This document shows, piece after piece, positions 1 to 8,085 of a stretch of 10,847 nucleotides of DNA (its first letter is position 1; each line of letters opens with the position of its first letter). Source of the DNA: Abditibacteriaceae bacterium (GTDB lineage Bacteria > Armatimonadota > Abditibacteriia > Abditibacteriales > Abditibacteriaceae); the NCBI GenBank assembly GCA_031372065.1, contig JANMKN010000247.1, forward strand, positions 1 to 10,847, read 5' to 3'. The position numbers and the translations under genes are program-made. The notes beneath the pieces were generated by a model. That model did not search any database, was not told where the DNA came from, and saw nothing but the letters and a program-made list of their open reading frames with translations.

Positions 1-91
1 TTAGAGCCGTAAATGTGTTTTGGAGCGAGCAAAAAATGCATTTAGAGCCGTAAATGTGTTTCAGGTGAGATAATTCTGCATTTTAGGCCGT
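1..91. repeat. Imperfect 41-bp-period tandem repeat, possibly truncated by the window edge
   Basis: TTAGAGCCGTAAATGTGTTT occurs identically at 1-20 and 42-61. A degenerate third copy (TTAGGCCGT) starts at 83. Copies 2 and 3 are each preceded by TGCAT. Confidence 0.8.
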
Positions 92-158
92 TTTTGGCTC
101 TTTCTTGCCGTCAAAGAATCACACATGAGGTGTCATGAAAACTTTACGCAGCGTGAAT

Positions 159-869
159 CTATTCTTGATAAGGCGCGGCTTCGTAGGCCGTGCCTTTTAG
201 TTTGTCCCAGCATCCCAGCCACAGAAGCGGCGTGATGCACGCATAGAATTTCACCATTTGCCACGCGCCTTTTTGGGCAAAGCGGCGCCCCGAAGTTTCG
301 AGTGGCACCAACAAATGGCGATGCAAGCCAAAGCGCAAACTGGCGAGGCGAATGTAATGAATATCTTCGCCGAGATGCAAACTTTCGTCGAAGCCACCGC
401 ATTTTTCGAAAACCGTTTTCGGCGTGATTAAACAGACGCCCGAACCCATGCGAACCGTGCTTTGACCGGCAAAAAACAGCAGATTAAACAGCAAATAAAT
501 GGCGCGCACCAGCAAACCGCTATCGCACGCCACAAACCACGGACAAGCTACCGCAAACGGCACACGCCGATAGCTGCGCGCGACTTTGGCCACGAAATCC
601 GGCGGCGGCAAATCGTCGGCGTCCATGAAAATTAGCAATGGGCCGCTGGCGTTTTTGCCGCCCAAATTGCGCTGGCGGCTGGTGCCGCGCGCGGTTTTCA
701 GCAGGCGCACATTTTCAAACTGTCGCACAATGTCCGGCGTGCCGTCCGTGGAGTCGCCATCGCAAACGATGATTTCCAGCGGTGTATAGGTTTGCGCCTG
801 CAACGCACGGAGCAACGCGCCAATGCGCCCGCTTTCGTTCAAAGTGGGAATGACAATTGAGACGAGCAT
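159..869 (-). CDS. Glycosyltransferase family 2 (GT-A fold)
   Basis: Motifs SIVIPTLNE, IIVCDGDSTDGT, RNLG, DxD (FMDAD), GGFDE..GED and C-terminal TSGRRF. ATG start is 20 bp after the kinase stop. Confidence 0.93.
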   Translation of the reverse strand: MLVSIVIPTLNESGRIGALLRALQAQTYTPLEIIVCDGDSTDGTPDIVRQFENVRLLKTARGTSRQRNLGGKNASGPLLIFMDADDLPPPDFVAKVARSYRRVPFAVACPWFVACDSGLLVRAIYLLFNLLFFAGQSTVRMGSGVCLITPKTVFEKCGGFDESLHLGEDIHYIRLASLRFGLHRHLLVPLETSGRRFAQKGAWQMVKFYACITPLLWLGCWDKLKGTAYEAAPYQE

Positions 870-889
870 GGGAGCGAAACAGCCGAGTC

Positions 890-3244
890 TCAGGCGCGCC
901 CGGTGCGGCCTGTGAGACTCGCAACCAGAGCCACTAATTCGGCGGAATCAACAGGCTTGCTGGCGTGGATTTGAAAACCCGCTAAAAGGGCGTGTATCCG
1001 ATCTTTGGGGGCCGCATATGCTGTTAAAGCTATCGCGGGCAGGAACTTTTTAATGTCCATTTCACTGGTGCGCACCTGTCGAATTAATTCGTAGCCGTTC
1101 ACACTCGGCATTCCGATGTCGCTGATCAGCACGTCGTATTGTTTTTGCGATTGAAAACTTTCCTGAATTTTGGCAAAGGCCTCGTTTGCTGAAGCCGCCA
1201 TATCCACTTTTGCGCCCTGTCGCTGCAAAGCTAAAGTCGTGAGAGTGCGAGCGTCGCTTTCGTCGTCTACGACCAATACACGCAGACCATTCAGCAAGGG
1301 CAATTCGAAATTCAAATAGGGATTTTCACTGGCTTCCAGTGGCAAAATAAACGGCTTTTCCGGCGGCTCTGGAATCTTGACTTCCACTTGATCAAGACGC
1401 ACCGCCATCAAAGGAAAATAAGCAGAAAACTCGGCGCCTTGCCCGACGCCTTCACTGCGGGCTTCCACGGTGCCGCCATGCAATTCTGTTAGATGTTTCA
1501 CCAGTCCCAAGCCTATTCCCAAGCCGCCGATGCTGCGTGTGCTGCTGGAATCGGCTTGCCTGAAGCGATCAAAAACATAGGGCAGAAATTCCGGCGCGAT
1601 CCCTTGTCCGTTATCGGTTATACGGAATTGCGCTTGCGATTCGTGGCGGAATAAATCAATTGTTATCGTGCCGCCCTTAGGCGTGAATTTAATGGCGTTG
1701 GATAGCAAATTCCAAACGATTTGCCCCAAACGATCAGGGTCGCCAGCGATTAATCCGGTGCTTTTGTCGAGATTCGCACTTAAAGTAATCTGCTTGGCCT
1801 GCGCCGCCGGAGCCACCGTTTGCATCGCGTTTTCTAAAACTTCCCACAATTCGACAGGGCGCATTTCGAGACGCAATTTTCCAGTCAGAATGCGCGATAC
1901 ATCCAATAAATCTTCGATAAGTTGCGCTTGCGCCCGCGCGTTGCGATGAATCGTAGCCAAACCGCTTTTGCAAGTCGCATTATCCAAGCTATCATATTCG
2001 CTCAAGATTTTGGCCCAACCTAAAATGGCGTTGAGTGGCGAGCGCAATTCATGCGATAACGTAGCTAAAAATTCGTCTTTCAGGCGGCTGATGCGTCGTG
2101 CTTCCTCATATAAGTGCTGATTTTCCTGCGCGATGGCCTCGGCTTTATCCCGCTCGCGATGCAAGGCTTCAAACAGAGCGGCGTTATCCATAGTGATGGC
2201 TGCCTGCGCCGCCAAGCCTTCGACAATACGCTCGTCGCGCTTCGTAAAAACGCCCGCTTCAGGATGGCCGAAAAACAAGCCGCCTAACACGTCGCCGGAA
2301 CGCGAAATAACGGGAGTCGCCAGATAACTCACAACTGGCAAATGGCCTTTTGGCATCCCGTAATACGGATGGTTTTTGCCGTGACGCGGGTCGTTTCTTA
2401 CATCGTCGCAGCGAATCGTGTCTTCGCCGCGAAATGTCGGGCCGAATAAATCGGTGGCGCGCGGCAAAGGGAAATTGGCGAACTTCTCAGCAGGCACACC
2501 CGACAGCGTGTAAAGCAAATACGACTCGCCTTTTTCATTGATGACGTTGTAAAAAAACGAGCCAAATGCAGCGCCGGTGATTTCCGTAGCTGCATCCGTT
2601 ACAGCTTGCACCAAGCGCTGCAAATCCAGCTCCTCGGCCAAGGTTTGCCCAACGCGATGTAGAATTTCCAGCGTTTCGGTTTCTTCGCGTTTTTGCGCTT
2701 CGGTTATCTTGCGTTCGATGCCCAAAGCCACGCCATTGGCAATCGAAGCCAAAGCGGTTAGAGCTGCATTCGTGAGCGTGCGACGCGCGAACATTGCAAT
2801 GACGCCAATTGTTTCGCCGTCTACAATCAGCGGATAACCAGCAAAAGCCACCATGCCCTCGCGCCGCGCCCATTCTTGATCGCTGACACGCGGGTCGTTG
2901 GCGACATCGTTGGTCAGATGCGGCTTTTGTTCTTGTGCGATCAGGCCAATTTTGAACTGTCCCATCGGCACACGACTATGAACGCCATCGAGATGCGTAT
3001 AAAAACCCGCGCTGGCGCGCAATTCCAGCACCTGCGTTTCTTTGTTGAGCGTCCAGACGCGGGCAAAAGCGGCATCCAGATGTTGCACGATGGCCTCCAC
3101 CGTGCAACCGAGAATCGAATCCAAAGTGCCACTTTGAATCAGGCACAGGGCCACATCCGAAATCAAAGAGGAAAGTTGTTCTCTTTCCGCTAATGAGGCA
3201 TCCATAAAATGAGAGTCCGAGGCGTTGGCTGAACTGCTTTGCAT
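890..3244 (-). CDS. Cytoplasmic hybrid sensor histidine kinase (GAF-GAF-HisKA-HATPase-REC)
   Basis: Two GAF-like segments (TNDVANDPR..AFAGYPLIVDGETIGVI; DDVRNDPR..SYLATPVISRSGDVLGGL). H-box FLATLSHELRSPL, N-box NLLSNAIKFT, G1 DNGQGI, F-box VFDRFRQAD, G2 GGLGIGL. Receiver VLVVDDE / ISDIGMP / ALTA / KP. No TM helix. An alternative start is the ATG at 3205. Confidence 0.96.
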   Translation of the reverse strand: MQSSSANASDSHFMDASLAEREQLSSLISDVALCLIQSGTLDSILGCTVEAIVQHLDAAFARVWTLNKETQVLELRASAGFYTHLDGVHSRVPMGQFKIGLIAQEQKPHLTNDVANDPRVSDQEWARREGMVAFAGYPLIVDGETIGVIAMFARRTLTNAALTALASIANGVALGIERKITEAQKREETETLEILHRVGQTLAEELDLQRLVQAVTDAATEITGAAFGSFFYNVINEKGESYLLYTLSGVPAEKFANFPLPRATDLFGPTFRGEDTIRCDDVRNDPRHGKNHPYYGMPKGHLPVVSYLATPVISRSGDVLGGLFFGHPEAGVFTKRDERIVEGLAAQAAITMDNAALFEALHRERDKAEAIAQENQHLYEEARRISRLKDEFLATLSHELRSPLNAILGWAKILSEYDSLDNATCKSGLATIHRNARAQAQLIEDLLDVSRILTGKLRLEMRPVELWEVLENAMQTVAPAAQAKQITLSANLDKSTGLIAGDPDRLGQIVWNLLSNAIKFTPKGGTITIDLFRHESQAQFRITDNGQGIAPEFLPYVFDRFRQADSSSTRSIGGLGIGLGLVKHLTELHGGTVEARSEGVGQGAEFSAYFPLMAVRLDQVEVKIPEPPEKPFILPLEASENPYLNFELPLLNGLRVLVVDDESDARTLTTLALQRQGAKVDMAASANEAFAKIQESFQSQKQYDVLISDIGMPSVNGYELIRQVRTSEMDIKKFLPAIALTAYAAPKDRIHALLAGFQIHASKPVDSAELVALVASLTGRTGRA

Positions 3245-3256
3245 GAAATCTGAGGA

Positions 3257-3291
3257 AAACTGGCAAATATCAAATTGACATTTGCCAGTTT
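3257..3291 (-). terminator. Strong stem-loop between the SDR and kinase genes (terminator, attenuator or operator)
   Basis: Perfect 12-bp arms AAACTGGCAAAT (3257-3268) and ATTTGCCAGTTT (3280-3291) with an inner TCAA/TTGA pair. It begins 6 bp after the SDR stop and ends in UUUU on the minus-strand RNA. Confidence 0.6.
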
Positions 3292-3297
3292 ACAATT

Positions 3298-4071
3298 TTA
3301 AATACCCGGCATCACGGCACCACCACAGACGGGCATATAAAGTCCTGTGACGTAGCTCGCTAAATCGCTGGCTAAAAACGCCACGGCATTGGCAATTTCC
3401 TGATCGGTGCCGCGCCGTTTCATGGGCACATTTTTTGAGTAGCCACCTGACGAATCGCGATCACCACCCGCAACGCGATCCGCTTCGGAAATCGTCCAAC
3501 CGGGCGCCACTTGATTGACTGTAATGCCGTGTGCGCCAACTTCTTTGGCGAGGCAGCGCAACACGCCGTCCATACCGCGTTTACCACCGACATATGCCGA
3601 TTGGTTGGGCAAAACTTGCGCGGCGCATTCGGTGTTGATGCCGACGTAGCGCCCATATTTTGCTTCGATCATCGCGGGCACAAATGCCTTTGCCATCAAG
3701 ACATTATGCAGCACGCACGAGCGAAACTGACTTTCGTAATCGGCCAAATCTTGCGCCATGACATTTGTCCACGGCTGGTATTGAATGACCGCGTTACTCA
3801 CCACAATTTGCGGCGCACCGAACGATTGCACAATCTTGTCGCGCATGACAAAAACGTCTTTTTCATTGGTGACATCAGCCTGCACCGTGAAGGCGCGACG
3901 GCCCATTTTTTCGACTTCACTTTTCAGTTCGGCGGCTTTGGCTTCGCTCGACAAATAATGAATGGCTACATCCGCGCCGCATTCGGCTAAAGTGCGCACC
4001 ATCACGCGCCCCAATTGGCCCGCGCCGCCAGTTACGACGGCAATTTTGCCCGACAAATCAATTTGCAACAC
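3298..4071 (-). CDS. SDR family NAD(P)-dependent oxidoreductase (FabG-like fold)
   Basis: TGGAGQLG Rossmann motif, YxxxK (YVGGK), GITVNQVAPG, EIANAVAFLASD..YVTG. GAGGAG Shine-Dalgarno upstream of a GTG start. Confidence 0.95.
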   Translation of the reverse strand: MLQIDLSGKIAVVTGGAGQLGRVMVRTLAECGADVAIHYLSSEAKAAELKSEVEKMGRRAFTVQADVTNEKDVFVMRDKIVQSFGAPQIVVSNAVIQYQPWTNVMAQDLADYESQFRSCVLHNVLMAKAFVPAMIEAKYGRYVGINTECAAQVLPNQSAYVGGKRGMDGVLRCLAKEVGAHGITVNQVAPGWTISEADRVAGGDRDSSGGYSKNVPMKRRGTDQEIANAVAFLASDLASYVTGLYMPVCGGAVMPGI

Positions 4072-4221
4072 AAGTTCTCCTCGAATTCTTTGGCTTTCTG
4101 GCAGTTTAAAAGTTCGGCGTCGTCTTGACAGCTACAAATCCTGAAGCGCAGCTTGTTTTTTGTGGCAGCAAGTGTTTTATTTATTCGCGAACCCCGTTAT
4201 TTTGAAAGAGAAACCTCGCGC

Positions 4222-5391
4222 ATGAACAAACCGATGAGCCACTTTTTTCTGCTGACCGTCTTGCTACTTTTGATTTCTGTCTTTGTAACAAAGGAATCAG
4301 CCTTTGCCGAGGACGCGCCGCTTGCGAAAGTTTTGCAACCTTTCGTAGACAATCACACCTTAGCAGGCGCGGTGGCACTGGTCGCCACCAAAGATAAAGT
4401 TCTTGACGTGGAAAGCGTCGGATGGATGGACATCGCAGCTCAAAAGCCGATGCGCAACGATGCGGTTTTTTGGATCGCCTCGCAAAGCAAGCCTATCACC
4501 GCCGCAGCGCTGATGATTTTGGTGGACGAAGGCAAAATCAATCTCGATGATGCGGTTGAAAAATATTTGCCGGAATTTCGCGGGCAAATGGTCATCGCCG
4601 AGCAAGACGACACTCATCGTCTACTCAAAAAACCGGTGCATCCCATCACGGTGGGTAATATTCTCAGTCACACCAGCGGCTTGCCGTTCGCTTCGCCGCT
4701 TGAAACACCGACTCTCGATTTATATCCGCTGGAAGTGCGCGTGCGTTCTTACGCGATGGCGCCTTTGCAATTCGAGCCGGACAGCAAATATCAATATTCC
4801 AACGCGGGCATTAACACCGCCGGGCGCATTATCGAAGTTGTCAGCGAAATACCCTACGAAGAATTCTTAAACAAACGCCTTTTCGAGCCTTTGCGCCTCA
4901 AAGACACGACTTTTTGGCCGAACGACGAGCAAATCGCGCGCATCGCGCATTCTTACAAACCCGGCCCCAATAATACTGGCCTCGAAGCCATTAACATCGG
5001 TCAATTGCGCTATCCGCTCAATGACAAGGCGCATCGTTTTCCCATGCCCGCTGGCGGCTTGTTTTCTACCGCCGCTGATATGGCGCGCTTTTGTCAGATG
5101 ATTATGAATGGCGGCGCATTGGAAGGCAAACGCTATCTTTCTGAAAACGCCGTCAAAACCATGACCAGCAAACAAACCGGCGCCTTGCCGGATGGTTATG
5201 GTTTAGGCTGGTCAACTGGCGGACCCGGCCCCGATTGGTTCGGTCACGGCGGCGCTTACAGCACCAATATGACAATTGATGCCAAGAGCGGCCTGATTTT
5301 CATTTGGATGGTGCAACACGCCGGTTTCCCCGGCGAAGGCGGCAAATCGCAAGAAGCCTTCAAACAAGCTGCGATTGCATTGGCAAAGTAA
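4222..5391 (+). CDS. Serine hydrolase, beta-lactamase class C/esterase family, with probable signal peptide
   Basis: SxxK (IASQSK), ILSHTSGL, YSN, AGGLFST and HGG motifs. Hydrophobic N-terminus ending in AFA|ED. Start moved from the ORF-track TTG at 4153 to ATG 4222; ATG 4234 is also possible. Confidence 0.92.
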   Translation: MNKPMSHFFLLTVLLLLISVFVTKESAFAEDAPLAKVLQPFVDNHTLAGAVALVATKDKVLDVESVGWMDIAAQKPMRNDAVFWIASQSKPITAAALMILVDEGKINLDDAVEKYLPEFRGQMVIAEQDDTHRLLKKPVHPITVGNILSHTSGLPFASPLETPTLDLYPLEVRVRSYAMAPLQFEPDSKYQYSNAGINTAGRIIEVVSEIPYEEFLNKRLFEPLRLKDTTFWPNDEQIARIAHSYKPGPNNTGLEAINIGQLRYPLNDKAHRFPMPAGGLFSTAADMARFCQMIMNGGALEGKRYLSENAVKTMTSKQTGALPDGYGLGWSTGGPGPDWFGHGGAYSTNMTIDAKSGLIFIWMVQHAGFPGEGGKSQEAFKQAAIALAK

Positions 5392-5395
5392 AACC

Positions 5396-6424
5396 ATGAA
5401 AGCGTTTCCACTCAAACATTCGATTTTTTGCATGGCTTTTTTGTTGTCGTTTTCCTCACTTCAGTCCAACACGCCTAAAGAAATTAAAGCTGCGCCAGTG
5501 CCGATTATTTTCGACACCGACATGGACAGCGATTGCGATGATGCGGGCGCCATTGCCATGCTACACGCCTTAGCTGACAAGGGAGAAGCACAAATTTTGG
5601 CGACGATGGTTTCAGCGAAATTTCAATGGTCGGCGCCGTGCGTGGATGCATTCAATACTTATTTTGGAAGGCCCAAATTACCGATTGGCGTCAACAAAGA
5701 GTCGGGCAAACCGTGGCAGGGTTCAAAATACGCCAAGCAAATTGCCGACGAGTTTCCGCACGATTTGAAAAGCAACGACGAGGCGCCCGATGCCACACTG
5801 CTTTATCGGAAAATTTTGGCCGCCCAGCCGGATAACAGCGTGACGATTGTCACCGTCGGCGATCTCAGCAACATTCGCTTTCTTCTCGAATCGAAAGGCG
5901 ATGACAACAGCCCGCTTGATGGCATCGCTTTGGTGCGTCAAAAAGTGCAGCACTGGGTTTGCATGGGCACGCGCTATCCGGCTGATCTCGACCCGAATCG
6001 TTGGGGCAATTTCAAAATGGATCCGGTTTCGACAGTCAAAGCTATTGCATTGTGGCCGGGCCTTATTACTTTCACTGGTGGGCAGGAATTCGCGCATTCT
6101 TTGGGCACCGGAGCGCGCCTTGTGGAACTGCCGAAAACTAATCCGGTGCGCCGCGCCTATGAATTATTTTTTGGCACCGTTAAAAATCAACATAGCGCTG
6201 ATCCTATAGCCGTTTATGTCGCGGTGCGCGGCACCTTCGCGCCGTGGAAGCTGGTCACGCAAGGTTATAATCACATTTTCGACGATGGTCGTCACGAATG
6301 GCTTGATGCGCCGGATAATCCGAATCAGCAATTCATTTCCGCATTAGCCGATGGCGTCAAAGCCAAAGATGTCGCCGCGCAAATGGAAGAACTCATGCTG
6401 CATTTACCGCAGCCGACTTCGTAA
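5396..6424 (+). CDS. Nucleoside hydrolase-like protein (IU-NH fold), probably exported
   Basis: N-terminal aspartate cluster IIFDTDMDSDCDD, VTIVTVGDLSNI, late DP motif (SADP). ATG is 4 bp after the serine hydrolase stop. Basic-then-hydrophobic N-terminus. Confidence 0.88.
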   Translation: MKAFPLKHSIFCMAFLLSFSSLQSNTPKEIKAAPVPIIFDTDMDSDCDDAGAIAMLHALADKGEAQILATMVSAKFQWSAPCVDAFNTYFGRPKLPIGVNKESGKPWQGSKYAKQIADEFPHDLKSNDEAPDATLLYRKILAAQPDNSVTIVTVGDLSNIRFLLESKGDDNSPLDGIALVRQKVQHWVCMGTRYPADLDPNRWGNFKMDPVSTVKAIALWPGLITFTGGQEFAHSLGTGARLVELPKTNPVRRAYELFFGTVKNQHSADPIAVYVAVRGTFAPWKLVTQGYNHIFDDGRHEWLDAPDNPNQQFISALADGVKAKDVAAQMEELMLHLPQPTS

Positions 6425-6433
6425 ATTTCCGAC

Positions 6434-7126
6434 TCAATTTACCACCAGATTCCAAATCATCTTGATAATAACAACGTAGGCATTGTCCCAAGCGCCGCTG
6501 CGAAAAAACGCGACGGGTTGGGTCGGGTCACCAACAAAAGGGCGTAGGGTGTAGGCGAATTGAACAGCGGTGAAACCGTAAAGCGCCAGCCAGCCGCGTA
6601 ATAACGCAAGATGGCGCGCATCTTTGGCGATCAGGGGCGCATAAAGTCGCCGCAAGACATTTTGCGCGGTAAAACTCGCGATGGCAAAGATCAAAAAGTT
6701 AAATAATATCGCCGCCGGATAATGGCTCGTTGACGCATAAAACAACAACGTGAAGGGCGAAAGAGAAGCCAAAACAATCGCTAAAATTGCTTGCGATAAA
6801 ATCAGGGCGCGGCGTGCCTGCGGCCAATCGTCGGCGAGGCCCATCAAAGCGTTCGCCACCAAAAAACCCGGTAAACATAAAGCGCCTGTGATGAGCAGCA
6901 AGGCGGGCACTTTGATGGCACTAAAAAGCATTTGCGCGAGGCTCAAATGCCCGCTAAAGCCACCGTAAGTGCCCATCAGAGCGCCGTAAAAGGCGCTGCC
7001 GATGAACGCAAAACACGCCATTTGGCGGCCCGGTAATGACGCGCCACGCATCAAAGAGCGCAGCGTGGCTTCAAAGCGCAAAACCGATTCGGACATGATG
7101 AAATTTCGCTCCAAACCCGCTTCCAT
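6434..7126 (-). CDS. Multi-pass (~5 TM) membrane protein, paralog B; possibly Yip1-like
   Basis: Hydrophobic helices with motifs FYGALMG, KVPALL..T...CLP, YGF..VQFAYTLRPFVGDP shared with the upstream gene. ATG abuts the upstream TAA (TAAATG). Alternative ATG at 7096. Confidence 0.88.
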   Translation of the reverse strand: MEAGLERNFIMSESVLRFEATLRSLMRGASLPGRQMACFAFIGSAFYGALMGTYGGFSGHLSLAQMLFSAIKVPALLLITGALCLPGFLVANALMGLADDWPQARRALILSQAILAIVLASLSPFTLLFYASTSHYPAAILFNFLIFAIASFTAQNVLRRLYAPLIAKDARHLALLRGWLALYGFTAVQFAYTLRPFVGDPTQPVAFFRSGAWDNAYVVIIKMIWNLVVN

Positions 7127-7939
7127 TTATCCACCCGCCGATAAATGCAGCAATTTGGCGAGAGAACTAAAAACTGCCTCGAAGAAATTAGAATCGCGCT
7201 CGCGGAACAGTGTAAAATCCCGATGCGGCGCGCCGATAAAAGGTCGCAAAACCCAACCCATTTGCGCGCCGACTAAACCGAAAACAACAATCCAGATGCG
7301 AAAAATCGTGGTTACATTCGTTTCGATAGCCTGATCGCTCATTTTGTCCAGCGCGCCTTGTGGCATTGGAGCTGTAGGTATTGCTTCGGCTTCGGTTTTC
7401 GCTTGTGTAGCTCGCGCTGCGAAGTCTTCGGCGTCTTGCGCAATAGTCAGGCGATGCAAGGTGTGCAACAGGAATTTCATCCCCAGTAAGCCCGAAACCG
7501 AAAACACCACCACGTTAAGAATCAACATGAAATAGTAATCGTTGGTGCTGACCGAAAAGAACGCTACAATGGTGCCGAGCGAGGACAAAACGGCCAACAT
7601 AATCGCCATCGCCGCCACGATAAGTCGCATCGTCGAAACCAAGGTTAAGCGCGAGCCGACTAAGGCATTGAACACATACAGCGAGGGAAATGTGACGATG
7701 AGAGTCAGCAAAAACAACAGCGGCACTTTGCCGGTTGTGGCAATGAGTTGCGGCACCGCACTCAAACCTCGTTGGGCAATGCCGAAACTACCCATGCAGG
7801 CGCCGTAAAACAAGCCCAGCACTAAAATCACGATAGCCAGACCACTCGCATCCACATCCAACACGCCGCGTTTGAGTTTTTCGACTTTCGTCGTTTCACC
7901 GCGCAGCAGCCGATCCAGTTCGCCAATTGCTTTTGTCAT
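7127..7939 (-). CDS. Multi-pass (~5 TM) membrane protein, paralog A; possibly Yip1-like
   Basis: AAGGAGA Shine-Dalgarno upstream of ATG. Motifs FYGACMG, KVPLLFLLT...FPSLYVFNALVG, FGLVGAQMGWVLRPFIGAP. Confidence 0.9.
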   Translation of the reverse strand: MTKAIGELDRLLRGETTKVEKLKRGVLDVDASGLAIVILVLGLFYGACMGSFGIAQRGLSAVPQLIATTGKVPLLFLLTLIVTFPSLYVFNALVGSRLTLVSTMRLIVAAMAIMLAVLSSLGTIVAFFSVSTNDYYFMLILNVVVFSVSGLLGMKFLLHTLHRLTIAQDAEDFAARATQAKTEAEAIPTAPMPQGALDKMSDQAIETNVTTIFRIWIVVFGLVGAQMGWVLRPFIGAPHRDFTLFRERDSNFFEAVFSSLAKLLHLSAGG

Positions 7940-8085
7940 AGGTCTCCTTGAAAATCAAAGGGTATTGTGGCGCATCGCCAAAAGAGATTCCGCCGCTTGA
8001 AACCGTTTTTTTCAACACTTGAGTGCTTGTGAGACACTGCAAAGCGCCGCAAAATGAAAGAAAACAAAGCAACGAAAGGTTTTTT
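7940..8085. promoter_or_regulatory. Divergent promoter region containing candidate palindromic operators
   Basis: 146-bp gap between divergent starts. TTGAAA-N7-TTTCAA at 7997-8015, immediately followed by CACT-TG-AGTG at 8016-8025. Confidence 0.5.

Noticed and set aside
1..91. Mini-CRISPR at the left edge
   Set aside because: Variable segments are only ~16 nt and resemble each other, and only two full copies are visible. It cannot be fully excluded without upstream sequence.
135..200. 21-aa plus-strand ORF (MKTLRSVNLFLIRRGFVGRAF) after GAGGTG
   Set aside because: The SD spacing is short, the ORF overlaps the GT2 3' end in antisense, and there is no other support.
4125..4130. TTGACA -35 boxes (here and at 3275-3280)
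   Set aside because: No convincing -10 hexamer at 16-18 bp spacing.
4222..5391. Bona fide AmpC antibiotic-resistance gene
   Set aside because: It has HGG rather than the KTG triad and resembles the broad esterase/serine hydrolase group. Resistance cannot be inferred.
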